Translations under genes and position numbers: made by a program
Assembly (NCBI GenBank): GCA_016180945.1
Contig: JACPAG010000001.1
Span: forward strand, 133,856-197,855
Direction of reading: 5' to 3'
From: Candidatus Aenigmatarchaeota archaeon
Lineage (GTDB): Archaea; Aenigmatarchaeota; Aenigmatarchaeia; GW2011-AR5
DNA length: 64,000 bases
Notes under the pieces: model-generated
Told to the model about the DNA's origin: nothing
The model's input: the letters and a program-made list of their open reading frames with translations, nothing else
The model's database searches: none
Shown: positions 19,649 to 30,500 of the stretch, one piece after another
How the letters are laid out: each line of letters begins with the position of its first letter
Position numbering within the stretch: the first letter of the stretch is position 1

Positions 19649-19825
19649 TTATTTCTCGTATAGACCAGCAAACATGAACATGAAACCAAGCCCTATGAAA
19701 ATTATTCGCAGGGGATTATAAACAGATATGGTTTCTTGAAGGGGCAGTAAAGTCGTATAACCCCAGAAGAGTGCCCCTAAGACAAAGGAAAGAACCGAAA
19801 AAGAATACCATTGTTTTTTATTCAT
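19649..19825 (-). CDS. Small two-helix membrane protein (58 aa)
   Basis: Manual translation MNKKQWYSFSVLSFVLGALFW...GLYEK. Confidence 0.5.
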   Translation of the reverse strand: MNKKQWYSFSVLSFVLGALFWGYTTLLPLQETISVYNPLRIIFIGLGFMFMFAGLYEK

Positions 19826-19933
19826 TTTCTTCCCTCTTTCAGCCCCTCAGGATACAACTGATGCCCGTTGGTCTTCAAAATTTATATCCTAGGTAACCTT
19901 ATTAACCTTTCCTTATTATTATTAAAGATTCCG

Positions 19934-20872
19934 ATGTGGGACAGGAAACATCTGCTGGATATTGAGGCTTTTTCTCGTACGGATATAGAAAACCTGATAG
20001 CACTTGCCAAAAGGCTCGAGCCGTTTTCAGGTATTGACAAGTCGAAAAAATTTAAGCCGCTCGGTTTGTGCAGCGGCCAGATCATGACGCTCTGGTTCGA
20101 GCCCGGCAAGGAAAACAGCACCCGGACCTTCGGCAGCTTTCCGGCTGCAATGATGCGCCTCGGCGGCAACTGCAAGGTATTCGACGAAGCAACCTCTTCC
20201 ATGACAAAAGGCGAAAGCCTTGAGGATACGACGCGCATATTGAGCGGCCACTCTGACGTTATTGTGGACAGGCATCATGACGCAGACCACGTCTATACGG
20301 TCGCGTCAGCGTCTTCAGTGCCAGTCATCAACGCCGGCAACGGCTCGGCCCAGCATCCAACACAAACGCTGCTTGACATTTATACAATGGTCAAGAAATT
20401 CGGCCGCATAGAAGGCCTGAAAGTTGCGGTGGTCGGCGACTTGAAGTACGGTCGTACAGTCCATTCTCTGGTAAAGGGACTGGAAAAGTTCGGCGTGCAC
20501 GCGACAGGCATCTGTCCGCAGGGACTGGAAATGCCCGGGGAATTCAGGACAGCCGGATACGAGGAAAGGATTATAGACATGAACGATATAGGCCGGGCGT
20601 TAAGCGAATTGAAGCCCGATGTGGTTTACGCAACCCGTATTCAGGCAGAGCGGTTTTCTGGCAATTCCGGAACATATGATTACATCATAGACAAAGCCGT
20701 TTTGTCCGGTCTCCCTAAAAATGCAGTCATAATGCACCCGCTGCCTCGGATTTCAGAGCTGAGCAGGGAAATCGACGCCGACGAGCGAAGCATCTATTTT
20801 CATCAGGCGGATAACGGCGTTCCTGTCAGGATGGCGATATTGTGTCTCTTGTTAGACCACGAATTTGAATAG
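19934..20872 (+). CDS. pyrB: Aspartate carbamoyltransferase catalytic subunit
   Basis: STRT, KGES, HPTQ, GDLKYGRT and HPLP motifs. Confidence 0.93.
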   Translation: MWDRKHLLDIEAFSRTDIENLIALAKRLEPFSGIDKSKKFKPLGLCSGQIMTLWFEPGKENSTRTFGSFPAAMMRLGGNCKVFDEATSSMTKGESLEDTTRILSGHSDVIVDRHHDADHVYTVASASSVPVINAGNGSAQHPTQTLLDIYTMVKKFGRIEGLKVAVVGDLKYGRTVHSLVKGLEKFGVHATGICPQGLEMPGEFRTAGYEERIIDMNDIGRALSELKPDVVYATRIQAERFSGNSGTYDYIIDKAVLSGLPKNAVIMHPLPRISELSREIDADERSIYFHQADNGVPVRMAILCLLLDHEFE

Positions 20873-20948
20873 GTTTTCTGTTACGAAAATAATATATTTT
20901 TCATAAGGGAAATGAGAGAACTTGAGAGAGAAACCGTAGGTTTCTTCT

Positions 20949-21251
20949 CTAGTGCGTCAGCACGTTTATCAGAACAAAAGCCGCCAAAGCGATGGAGCTT
21001 AAGAACAAGCCGATTGTTATGCTTCCGAGAACAACGCTGAGAAACACCAGCGAGAAAACGAAAACCATGAGCGTTATCCCTATCGTCTCTTCGAACGCCA
21101 GCACTGTCGTCACCAGAGACAGAATAATCAGGCCCGCCGAAACGCTAAGGACAACGTCTGCTATAAACTGGTTGAAAATGCTTATCAGGAGAATAAGAAA
21201 GATAAGTTCAATTCCGAGAACAGTCAGCTTTGGGACGGCTTCTTCGCCCAT
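20949..21251 (-). CDS. Membrane protein
   Basis: Hydrophobic 100-aa ORF. Confidence 0.65.
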   Translation of the reverse strand: MGEEAVPKLTVLGIELIFLILLISIFNQFIADVVLSVSAGLIILSLVTTVLAFEETIGITLMVFVFSLVFLSVVLGSITIGLFLSSIALAAFVLINVLTH

Positions 21252-21426
21252 ATGTAATTATATTAAAGGCAAAGATTTAAACAGAATGCCAATCAAGACA
21301 GCAGCGGACAAAATAAGGGCTATATAGCTGAAGACGATGAACGCGTTTTGGTCTATCATAGAAAAGTTCATCTATTGTTGCTGATGAAGTGGCTAATAAT
21401 CCCGTACATACTTATTCATGAATAAT

Positions 21427-21717
21427 TTAAAGAATGCTTACCAGCCCTTTCTCCACCATTATGAGGATTATGATAAGCTTCAGCGCCCCTGGCACGGCAA
21501 GCGCAGTAGCTATGAGAAATACCGACGCCAAATCCGTGACCCCGTCTATTATGGACAGCGCGTCCCTGTAAAAGAAATTCATGATGCCCGATATCAGGAG
21601 CGTGCCAAGAATCACGGACTCCAGAATAAACGGCAGGTCGTAAGAGCCGGTAAGTATGACGTAAGCCGCTATTAAGTCAATAACCCCGAGAAATTTTATG
21701 ATAAGCCATCCGACCAT
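21427..21717 (-). CDS. Membrane protein
   Basis: Hydrophobic ORF starting MVGWLIIKF. Confidence 0.6.
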   Translation of the reverse strand: MVGWLIIKFLGVIDLIAAYVILTGSYDLPFILESVILGTLLISGIMNFFYRDALSIIDGVTDLASVFLIATALAVPGALKLIIILIMVEKGLVSIL

Positions 21718-21757
21718 ACAAAACCCTGGATAAATTATCCAGAAAATGCTTAAGAAA

Positions 21758-22327
21758 CTAACGAAGCAGCTGTATGGAAGCGTTGAGCGCGGCAAACTCC
21801 GCGGTTCGTTCGTCCTTCGCCGAGCCGATTAGAAGAACGTCCCCTTTCCGGTAATCGAAAACATTGTTCAGTTCTTTCGGGACCTTCCATTTAACGCCGG
21901 CCATGCGCAAACGCTCATTGTAGATGAGCGTTGTCAGTCCGTCCGCGCCCATGAGTATCGCCTGGTCCCGCTGTTCAAGGCCGTGCCTTATCTTTATCGC
22001 CTTGCCCCTGGCAAGATACGCTATATTGTATTTGGACAGCGTCAGCCCGGTTTCTATTTTTTTCGGGCCTGAAATATTTTTTTTCAGGTAAGCAAGCAGT
22101 TTTCTTCCCCTCTTTGTAAGTATGTGCCCCCTTGTCGTCGGCTTCACAACTTTATTCCTCTCCAGGTTGTTGAGCAGCGTTCGTGCCGGCGCCTCGTTCA
22201 TCCCCAGCTTTTCCATCAGCCTTTCCCTTCCCGTGTTTGTTTCGCCTATCAGCAAAACAGCCCTCACCACATGCGCCAGCGCATAATTCGCCCTTATGTC
22301 TATTGTTTTTTCAAGAATTTTTATCAT
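21758..22327 (-). CDS. HTH plus DUF4443-like protein
   Basis: GRERL...RTLL HTH region and QRDQAILMGADG. Confidence 0.65.
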   Translation of the reverse strand: MIKILEKTIDIRANYALAHVVRAVLLIGETNTGRERLMEKLGMNEAPARTLLNNLERNKVVKPTTRGHILTKRGRKLLAYLKKNISGPKKIETGLTLSKYNIAYLARGKAIKIRHGLEQRDQAILMGADGLTTLIYNERLRMAGVKWKVPKELNNVFDYRKGDVLLIGSAKDERTAEFAALNASIQLLR

Positions 22328-22480
22328 ACGACCACCATCTAAGTCAAAAGGATGCTGCTTGCTTCAGTAAGCAGATGAATTACCAAAGGGATATGCAATT
22401 TGTGTATAGACATTTTTTAAAGCGCATATCCAATTATGGTCATAAAGCTGTCTAGTGTATAGCAGCATGTATTCACCTTA

Positions 22481-23158
22481 CTAGAATAATCCCAGCCTTA
22501 CTTCCTTAAGCTTCGCTTCCGTTATCTCAAATTCTATGGATTTCCCTTCGGCTATCGACCTGTGCTTCCTCACTATGGCCACCCTGCTTCCGGGCTTGTC
22601 CAGCTTTTTCAGTTCTATCAGCGCCTTCGACCAGTATTTTGCGATAGCCCGGGACGTTAGCTCTACCTGCTCGTCCTTCCCAAAACCGTAAACCTGGTTC
22701 GTTACCAGCACCGGTATTTTGTACTTTCGGCATATCATTGAGAGTATCGAGTACTGCGTGGCCAGCTGCTTGTTTATCAGCTGGAAATTCTCGTTGTCAA
22801 GCTCAAGACGGTACAGCGCGACAAGGGAATCAATGACTATAAGCCCGGCGTCCTCTTTTTTCACGACGGCTTCCAGCTTCTGCACCAGCGCATGCTGCTC
22901 CTTCCACGCATGCGGCTCCATGAAGATTATGTTTTTTAAATGATTTTCGTTTCCGCCCAGCTGCTTGAACCTGTCAAGAGAAAACGACCCTTCCGTATCT
23001 ATATAGACGGTCTTCCTCTCCTCGGCGCACACGATGGTCGCGCACAGGGCGATATTAGTTTTCCCGCACCCAGCCGGCCCGTATACGTTTGTTATGGCAT
23101 CCGTCTCAATGCCGCCGCTAAGAAGCTTGTCTAATGGCGTGTTAGTCATCAGCCGCAT
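22481..23158 (-). CDS. radB: DNA repair protein RadB
   Basis: GPAGCGKT, IDTEG and C-terminal KHR motif. Confidence 0.92.
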   Translation of the reverse strand: MRLMTNTPLDKLLSGGIETDAITNVYGPAGCGKTNIALCATIVCAEERKTVYIDTEGSFSLDRFKQLGGNENHLKNIIFMEPHAWKEQHALVQKLEAVVKKEDAGLIVIDSLVALYRLELDNENFQLINKQLATQYSILSMICRKYKIPVLVTNQVYGFGKDEQVELTSRAIAKYWSKALIELKKLDKPGSRVAIVRKHRSIAEGKSIEFEITEAKLKEVRLGLF

Positions 23159-23197
23159 GATAGAAATTTGCAGAGAAAGAATTAAAGGTTGACAGCG

Positions 23198-23309
23198 CCA
23201 ACCGATAATAGACAGTAGAAAAAACCAACCGTAGAATAGACAGAACGCCCCCCCCCCCCGTTCTGTCGAGAATTCGGTTGGAATTCGACTCCGTCTATTT
23301 CTCGGTTGG
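23198..23309. repeat. Nested inverted repeat (CCAACC...AATAGAC twice) around a poly-C-loop hairpin
   Basis: Two CCAACC/GGTTGG pairs enclosing GACAGAACG-(C)n-GTTCTGTC. Confidence 0.75.
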
Positions 23310-23402
23310 TGATGTAAATGCTTAACAAAGATTTGTCTATTTTTATTTTATTATTTTTAATAGGCTGGATATTCAGAACAGAACCTCTTGCTTCATTTCT
23401 AC

Positions 23403-23957
23403 TTATTCTTGTTGTTTTTCTGCTTGTTTATCAGAAATAGAGATATCAACGCATTGTATTTGATAATTTCTTTCCCACACTTTTATAGCTTCGTTTACTC
23501 TAAGACACAATTTGTGATATCCAATCTCAGCTGAGGAATTCACATAAATGATAGCAGAAAAATAATTCCAATCATAAGAGTTAATAGATACGGGATTATC
23601 TCTCGATTGCCCATTATAACTGAGATTTATTTCAAGTCCGTAAATATCTGTCAAATCGTATTGTGTTAGTAATGGAACTTCGTATTTATTTTGAACTTTA
23701 AAATCAATAACGTCTGTTCGCCCTTTAATTAAATTTATTGTTTCGTTTGTTGTCCAAAGATTATAGGATGATATATGACCTAATATATTGTTTCCAGAAA
23801 GTGTATGCTCTAATTGAGAAGTGGGATATGTTGCAAAATCCACATATGGTCTGATAAAAAATGCGAAAATTGGTAGAATCAACCAGATAATTTTAATTGC
23901 TAACCACATATTTGGATGATTTTTCTTGAATCTTTCCCAAGAAGCTGATATATTCAT
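23403..23957 (-). CDS. Membrane-anchored hypothetical protein
   Basis: N-terminal TM helix and beta-rich C-terminus. Confidence 0.65.
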   Translation of the reverse strand: MNISASWERFKKNHPNMWLAIKIIWLILPIFAFFIRPYVDFATYPTSQLEHTLSGNNILGHISSYNLWTTNETINLIKGRTDVIDFKVQNKYEVPLLTQYDLTDIYGLEINLSYNGQSRDNPVSINSYDWNYFSAIIYVNSSAEIGYHKLCLRVNEAIKVWERNYQIQCVDISISDKQAEKQQE

Positions 23958-23963
23958 CGTCCA

Positions 23964-24386
23964 TCATCTCTGGACGATGTATACTTCACCAGTCTTAGCA
24001 TCCAATATAACGCCATTGACATCCTTCAGAATTGCTGTAACTAAATGGAACCCAACACACTTTTCGTTTGTACCTTGAGGCATAATATCTATAGTTATTG
24101 GCATCAAATTCTTGCTATCTACTGTAAATCTATTTTCTGAAGAGGATGTTAAACAGTTTGGTTTTTGGAATTGTAACTCTACTTTCCCAGAAAAAGTAAT
24201 TTGCAAAGGGTTTGAAATTACTAGTCCTACGGTTGCTTTTTCGTTGGAATTTAGACGTACAAATTCATTTTGAACATTGATAGTTTGAATATATGGTTTA
24301 TCTGGAGGTGGTGTGGGTATTGATGTGCATCCAGAAATAAATACAATTAAAAATAATAGTAAAAGAATTTTATATTTGCTTTTCAT
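23964..24386 (-). CDS. Putative lipoprotein
   Basis: MKSKYKILLLLFLIVFISGC leader. Confidence 0.7.
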   Translation of the reverse strand: MKSKYKILLLLFLIVFISGCTSIPTPPPDKPYIQTINVQNEFVRLNSNEKATVGLVISNPLQITFSGKVELQFQKPNCLTSSSENRFTVDSKNLMPITIDIMPQGTNEKCVGFHLVTAILKDVNGVILDAKTGEVYIVQR

Positions 24387-24520
24387 TTCCTTTTCAACCA
24401 CTCTTCTATTAGATTTTCGACTTGCGAAGAATAATAAATATTCTCGTCAATGCATTTCTTTCTAAAAGCAGTCCATTTGTCCTCGTCTACGGTCAAAGAA
24501 ATTTTGATTTTGTTGCTCAT
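24383..24520 (-). CDS. Small ribbon-helix-helix protein (45 aa)
   Basis: MSNKIKISLTVDEDKWTAFRKKC...SSQVENLIEEWL; divergent from the transposase. Confidence 0.6.
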   Translation of the reverse strand: MSNKIKISLTVDEDKWTAFRKKCIDENIYYSSQVENLIEEWLKRK

Positions 24521-24703
24521 ATAATCCCTCTTTTTCTGAGTTCAACCAGCAAAGCAGCTACCAGAATAAGACTAATACCAGCGATGAACATACCAACATA
24601 GTTTATGTCAGGCATCCTTACCGTTTTCTATATGTATATATGTCTTTAAATACTTATAGTTAGATATATGTATAGAAAGGTAGAAGTCTATAAGGTGTCA
24701 TAA

Positions 24704-26041
24704 ATGCAAAATCAAGAAACAGAGTTAAGGCAAATTCGTGGTCTTGCCATGATTAGCAAGGGCGATAATCCGATAGTATTAGGCAACAATCTTTATCTCG
24801 TTCCTTCACAATCAAGCGACAACAAGTATACTGTTAATGGTAATGGTTTGTGGTCTTGCGAATGCATGGACTACAAAAACAGAAAGCAAGACTGTAAACA
24901 CATTCATGCTGTCCGCATCTGGTTGGCTTTGCGTGACAAGATAAAGAATTCCGATACTTTCCAGATAAAAGAAAGCATCTTTGAAAAACCAACTTGTGCA
25001 TTTTGTCATTCTTTCAGCATAATGAAGCACGGAAAGAGAAAATGCGAAAACATGGTTAAGCAAAGGCATCTTTGCAAAGATTGTAAGAAGACTTTCATAG
25101 AAGACAAATATTTCAAGAAGTTCAAAGGCGATGCAAAGATAATAACGCTTGTCATGGATTTGTATTTCAAGGGTTTGAGTCTGCGAAAGATACAGAACCA
25201 TCTTTTACAATTCTATGATTTCAAGGTAAATCACGAAACCATAAGGAATTGGATACTGAGATTCACAAGCAAGATAGCCGAATATGTAGATAATCTGCAA
25301 CCTAATCTTTCAACAGTTTGGCACGCCGATGAGATGGCTATCAAATCAAAAGGTAAGCAAGTTTGGGTTTGGAACGTGCTTGATGAAAGCACAAGATTCC
25401 TTATAGCCAATAACGTGACTGATGGGCGTAACATCAAAGAAGCACGACAAGTTTTCAAGAAGGCGAAAGAAAACGTAAGTGCGATACCGATAGAGATTAT
25501 AACTGATGGTTTGCCTTCTTACAGCAAAGCAATAAGAAAAGAGTTCAAATCATCAAAACAAATAGGCGGTACATTACCTGTTAAGCATACCCAATACGAA
25601 AGCATCCGTGAAAATCCGCATAACAACAAGATAGAAAGGTATCATGGAACTGCAAGAGAAAAAGATAAGTTAATGCGTGGTTGGAAAGGCAATAACAATT
25701 CACAGAAACTTCTTGATGGTTATCGTGCTTACTACAACTTTGTGCGACCTCATCAGGCACTTGACGGTTTAACGCCTTCGGAAGCTTCTGGAATAAAAAT
25801 ACAGAACAGAAATAAGTGGCTAGGACTAATCAAGACTTCTATGGATAGTACGATAGAAAAGAAGCCGATAAAGAAAGTTATTGGGTATGAGATAAAGGTC
25901 TTTGACAAAGAAGGCAAACCTATAAATAAGAAAAATATCAAGACATTCTTTACTGATAGAAAGAAAGCAGAAGAGTTTGTGGAATTTTATAATCAAGTGT
26001 ATTCAGAATTACAATTTATCATAACAATAATATATAAGTAA
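24704..26041 (+). CDS. DDE transposase (IS6/IS1-like) with SWIM and Zn-ribbon N-terminus
   Basis: CECMD...CKHI (SWIM), CAFC...CKDC, HADE, TDG, NNKIER and YYNFVRPH. Confidence 0.85.
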   Translation: MQNQETELRQIRGLAMISKGDNPIVLGNNLYLVPSQSSDNKYTVNGNGLWSCECMDYKNRKQDCKHIHAVRIWLALRDKIKNSDTFQIKESIFEKPTCAFCHSFSIMKHGKRKCENMVKQRHLCKDCKKTFIEDKYFKKFKGDAKIITLVMDLYFKGLSLRKIQNHLLQFYDFKVNHETIRNWILRFTSKIAEYVDNLQPNLSTVWHADEMAIKSKGKQVWVWNVLDESTRFLIANNVTDGRNIKEARQVFKKAKENVSAIPIEIITDGLPSYSKAIRKEFKSSKQIGGTLPVKHTQYESIRENPHNNKIERYHGTAREKDKLMRGWKGNNNSQKLLDGYRAYYNFVRPHQALDGLTPSEASGIKIQNRNKWLGLIKTSMDSTIEKKPIKKVIGYEIKVFDKEGKPINKKNIKTFFTDRKKAEEFVEFYNQVYSELQFIITIIYK

Positions 26042-26044
26042 GAA

Positions 26045-26320
26045 CTATCTACCTTTTTTTAATTTTAGTCTATAATTAAGATAATTCTCATCTTGAAATA
26101 TCATGAAAATTAAAATAATCAACACAGTAAAAACAAATAGACCAACGGTAACATAAATACCATATTCTGGAAGAAAAATAAAAATAGAAATAAAGGAAAG
26201 CGCAGCTAAAATAAGTTTAGCACTACCTTTTATAGAAAGGCCTCTAAACTTAAGTTCGTTCTGATTTGATTCTGTTTTTGTATCGTTCATTAAAACCACT
26301 AATATGAATAAATGATGCAA
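26045..26320 (-). CDS. Small membrane protein
   Basis: Two hydrophobic segments. Confidence 0.55.
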   Translation of the reverse strand: MHHLFILVVLMNDTKTESNQNELKFRGLSIKGSAKLILAALSFISIFIFLPEYGIYVTVGLFVFTVLIILIFMIFQDENYLNYRLKLKKGR

Positions 26321-26597
26321 ACAATATAATTAATCCAAACCACAAATAAATATGTGCATTCAATAATAAGCCAGCCAACACCAACACTATTGAAGTACTT
26401 GTAAATAATGAGGTTAATATTATATCATTTTGGTATTTTATACTTTTAATCTGCTTTTCCAAATGTTTTTCTAAGACTTTTTCTACCATTTCGGTTGAAA
26501 CATTAATTCTATATGCAACTTTAGTTTGTTCAGCAACACCTTCAAGTTCAACTTGTGGTATTTGCTCAATAGTTTCTAGTTCTTCCATAGAAATCAT
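26250..26597 (-). CDS. Membrane protein
   Basis: C-terminal TM pair; coupled to the adjacent ORF. Confidence 0.55.
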   Translation of the reverse strand: MISMEELETIEQIPQVELEGVAEQTKVAYRINVSTEMVEKVLEKHLEKQIKSIKYQNDIILTSLFTSTSIVLVLAGLLLNAHIYLWFGLIILFASFIHISGFNERYKNRIKSERT

Positions 26598-26956
26598 TTA
26601 CTCAGAAAATGTTCTAACCAAATACTTCTGTTAGTTGTAATAACAGCCTTCTTTCTATCGGCATGTTCTTTTGACGGATGTTCTATTCGTATAAATTCTA
26701 ATATTGGTAATTGAATAATTAAAGTACCTTCTTTCTTATCTTTGCTTAAATCAATTGTGGGAGGTTCGGGAAGTTTTCTAATTATGTTAAATTGGATGAG
26801 ACTAGGTATGACATCATGTATATCTGGATATTTTTTTATAAATTTATCTTTTAATTCTTTCAAGACAGCATCGTCAACAAAATCTGTTACAGCTAGACCT
26901 TCTGTGATAACTTGCGTCTGTGATACATCACTAATTTTATCTGATATTGTAGTCAT
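26594..26956 (-). CDS. Hypothetical protein
   Basis: 120-aa ORF with ATGA overlap. Confidence 0.55.
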   Translation of the reverse strand: MTTISDKISDVSQTQVITEGLAVTDFVDDAVLKELKDKFIKKYPDIHDVIPSLIQFNIIRKLPEPPTIDLSKDKKEGTLIIQLPILEFIRIEHPSKEHADRKKAVITTNRSIWLEHFLSK

Positions 26957-27147
26957 AAGTAATTATAATAAAGCAATGTTTAAAAATAGCTTAACTTTAC
27001 AAGATTATAGTCATCCAAACAACCTATTTTAGACACTCGCAATTTTCAACCTTTAAATAGACAGAACGCCCCCCCCCCGTTCTTTAAATATAGTTAGTGT
27101 CGCCCGTAACCCTAACCTTTAAATAATTTATTGTAGCAAGAAAAATA

Positions 27148-27504
27148 ATGACAATAGTAATCAGGCGTCGTATGGAACGGACAATCATAGTCAGGTTCCA
27201 CACGAACCAGGATAATTTTGATTCAGATTACGAGCGCAGCAAGTTTTTCCGCAGCCTTCACGGGTGGAAGCAGACCGTGCCCAAGGAGAACAAAAGGTAC
27301 CTATACCACCGTAACGGACTTCTGGACGAGGTCCCGCACGTGAAGATAGCGGATTCCGTCTTCGCCGTAGCCGCAGAGCACATGCGCCGCGTCGAGCAGT
27401 TTTTCGACCAGTGGGACGAGAAAGTCGAGTATGATATCATAGAGGCAATGATGGAGTTCAGGAAACTTGCAAATAGCTTAAATACAAGGAATGGCGATAA
27501 GTAA
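27148..27504 (+). CDS. Conserved-looking hypothetical protein (possible ferredoxin-like fold)
   Basis: ERSKFFRSLHGW...YHRNGLL; TATA box near 27118. Confidence 0.6.
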   Translation: MTIVIRRRMERTIIVRFHTNQDNFDSDYERSKFFRSLHGWKQTVPKENKRYLYHRNGLLDEVPHVKIADSVFAVAAEHMRRVEQFFDQWDEKVEYDIIEAMMEFRKLANSLNTRNGDK

Positions 27505-27540
27505 GTATTATTATAGCAAGGGAGCGGAGCGACCAAGCAT

Positions 27541-27582
27541 TATAAAATGGCAATCGACTTTTTGCCGGAGCAAAAAGGGGAT
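27541..27582 (+). repeat. Minimal A element before cdc48
   Basis: TATAAAATGGCA-ATC-GA-CTTTTTGC-CGGA-GCAAAAAG-GG-GAT then ATG. Confidence 0.85.
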
Positions 27583-30500
27583 ATGGAAGAAGATCTTAAA
27601 CTGAAGGTCGGCGAACTTACCGAAAGGGGCGACTTTGGCCGCGGCATAATCAGGATATCCGCAAAAGACATGAAGCGGCTGAGCATAACTGAAGGCGACA
27701 TCGTCGAGATGGAGGGCAAGCGCAAGACGGCCGCTATAGCCGTCCGTGCTTATCCCGCGGACGTTGGTCTTGATATCATAAGGATGGACGGCCTTGAACG
27801 AAGGAACTGCGGGGCCGGAATAGGAGAGCCGGTAAAAATAAAGAAGGCCGACGCCAAAGAGGCGAAGGCCGTGACAATCGCGCCTGCCCGCAAAGGCATA
27901 GCAATCCATATGGGCGGCAACCTGCTGAAGCAAAATCTTCTCATGAGGCCTCTGGTTACCGGAGACATAATTATCCCGAATCCTGTTGTCCAGGACAGGA
28001 GAAACCAATCTACGTTGTTCGAGCAGTTTTTCGGCATGGATTTCGGAGACTTTTTGTTCACCCCTTTCGGCGAGGAAAAATTCGTTGTTGTCAGCACCGA
28101 CCCTAAGGGCATCGTCCGCGTTACTAGGGCAACGGACGTAGAATTGCTGCCGCAGGCGACTACCCCGCTGGAAGAAAAAAATATACCGGACGTCACTTAC
28201 GAGGATTTGGGCGGCCTGCACGACGAGATACAGAAAGTCCGCGAGATGATTGAGCTGCCGCTGAAGCATCCTGAGCTTTTCGAGCGGCTTGGTATAGAGC
28301 CGCCAAAGGGGATTTTACTCCACGGACCGCCTGGCTGTTTGACAGGCGAAGCGCTTGTCGCTATAGAAGACGGACGGCTTGTAAGAATAGGTGAGCTTGG
28401 TAAAAATCTTGTTCCTGGAATATACGTAGCGGATTTACCAGTCTATCCGCCTGCCCATGCAAAAGCTATTCATGTTTACGACGTTCCTGAAACAGTGGAG
28501 GTCATTACTAAAAGCGGAAGAAGATTAAAAATGACTCCTAACCATCCTTTGATGACCGACAAAGGATGGGTGGAAGCTGAGAAGCTAAAAATCGGGGATA
28601 ATGTAAAGATATTTAATTGGCTTCCGAATCCACAGAATTATGTTCCAACAAACTTTGTGCTCAACGAAAAGAGACTTGTTAACGAAATAAAGGTTCCAAA
28701 AATATGGGATGAGAAGCTTGCAGAACTTATTGGCATATTTGTTGCAGAAGGCAGTATAGATGCCAGAAGAATAAAATTCACAATACATAGAGACGAAAGC
28801 GAGTTAAGAGAACGGATTGTTTCTCTGCTGCATGAAATATTCTCTGTTGATGTAACCGAAAGAGTTGGAATAACGAAAGCCGTTAGAAGAATAAGGGCTG
28901 CAAATAGAGGCATATGGGACTTTTTCAAACCTTTATGGACAAAAGAAAAAGTAATACCGCAAGAAATACTGCTTTCGCCCAATGCAGTGGCTTCAGGCTT
29001 CCTCAGGGGACTATTTGAAGGAGACGGCTCTGTCGTCAAGAAAAACAGGCATTTTGATAGGGCAGTAACCCTGAAATCAAAATCAAGGCAACTTCTTGAA
29101 GAAGTGCAGGTCCTTCTTTTGAGATGGGCGATAAGATCCTCTATTTACTCGTATAAAGAATTGTATGGCGAATCTAGCGTATTAAAAATCAGAGGACGGG
29201 ACAATCTGAAGAAGTACAAAGAAAACATAGGGTTTATTTCTAAAATAAAAACGGAAAAACTCGTAGAACAGCTTTCAACATATAAAAGGAAAACGCCCAA
29301 TGAAAATTCTGAATTCGAGCCTGTAAGGGAAGTCAGAAAGGTCAACGGCTGGGAAAGGGTTTATGATTTTGAAGTCCCAACAACACATTCATTTTTCAGC
29401 AATGGAATACTTTCGCATAATACAGGAAAAACATTGCTGGCCAAAGCCGTTGCCAACGAAAGCGGCGCGCGCTTTATAGTTATAAATGGCCCTGAGGTAA
29501 TGAGTAAATTTTACGGCGAGAGCGAGGAAAATTTAAGGAAAGTTTTCGAGCAGGCCGAGAAAAATGCGCCAAGCATAATTTTCATAGACGAAATCGATTC
29601 AATCGCGCCGAAGCGTGAAGAAGTCCGCGGCGAGGTGGAAAAACGCGTAGTGTCACAGATGCTTACCTTGATGGACGGATTGAAGAACAGGGGCAAGGTT
29701 ATTGTTATCGGAGCTACAAACATACCGAATTCTTTGGACCCGGCATTAAGAAGACCGGGAAGATTTGACCGTGAGATAGAACTGGGAGTGCCGAACAAAA
29801 TCGGCCGCAAAGAGATTTTAGAGATACATACAAGGGGCATGCCGCTGATGAAAGACGTCGAGCTGGACAAGATAGCCGAGATTACTTACGGCTACGTCGG
29901 CGCTGACATAGCCGCATTGTGCAAGGAAGCGGCCATGCACGCCCTGCGGCGCGTCTTGCCGGATATGGGAATAATAAAAGAAGACAAGCCTATTCCCCAG
30001 GAGGTTTTGAAAAAACTTGTTGTCAACAAAGAAGACTTTGATCATGCGCTCAAGATGGTCGAGCCGTCTGCGATGAGAGAGGTCTTGATAGAAATCCCGA
30101 ACGTCAAATGGGACGATATCGGCGGCTTGGAAAATATTAAACAGTCTTTGAAAGAAGTTATCGAATGGCCTCTGAAATACGGCGAATCGTTCAAGCGGCT
30201 CGGCATCAGGCCGCCAACAGGCGTTCTATTGTACGGCCCGCCGGGCTGCGGCAAAACCCTCCTGGCCAAGGCCGTCGCCAACGAATCCGGCGCAAACTTT
30301 ATTTCTGTCAAGGGACCCGAGCTGCTGTCAATGTGGGTCGGCGAGAGCGAACGGCATGTCAGGGACGTATTTAGAAGAGCGAAGCAGGTCGCACCGGCAA
30401 TAATATTTTTCGATGAAATAGACGCGCTGGTACCGCGCCGCGGATACGGCACAGACAGCCAGGTGACCGAACGGGTTGTTTCACAACTGTTAGGCGAGAT

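Larger units (their letters stand above)
23235..27083. mobile_element. Low-GC island with a DDE transposase, bounded by AATAGACAGAACG(C)nGTTCT direct repeats
   Basis: Repeat copies near 23235-23264 and 27056-27083; visibly AT-rich interior; transposase and RHH gene. Confidence 0.65.

Noticed and set aside
23182-27056. TTAAAGGTTGA / TCAACCTTTAA as terminal inverted repeats of the island
   Set aside because: AACCTTTAA is this genome's common BRE-TATA pattern (also near 9317, 16535, 27115)
27541-27582. A element as a canonical BHB intron in mRNA leaders
   Set aside because: I could not build a 3-4-3 BHB from the leader copies; kept only as a testable possibility
27511-28269. Long antisense ORFs (also 30042-30803, 36028-36978, 52901-53617)
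   Set aside because: Shadows of well-supported genes on the opposite strand, with no motifs
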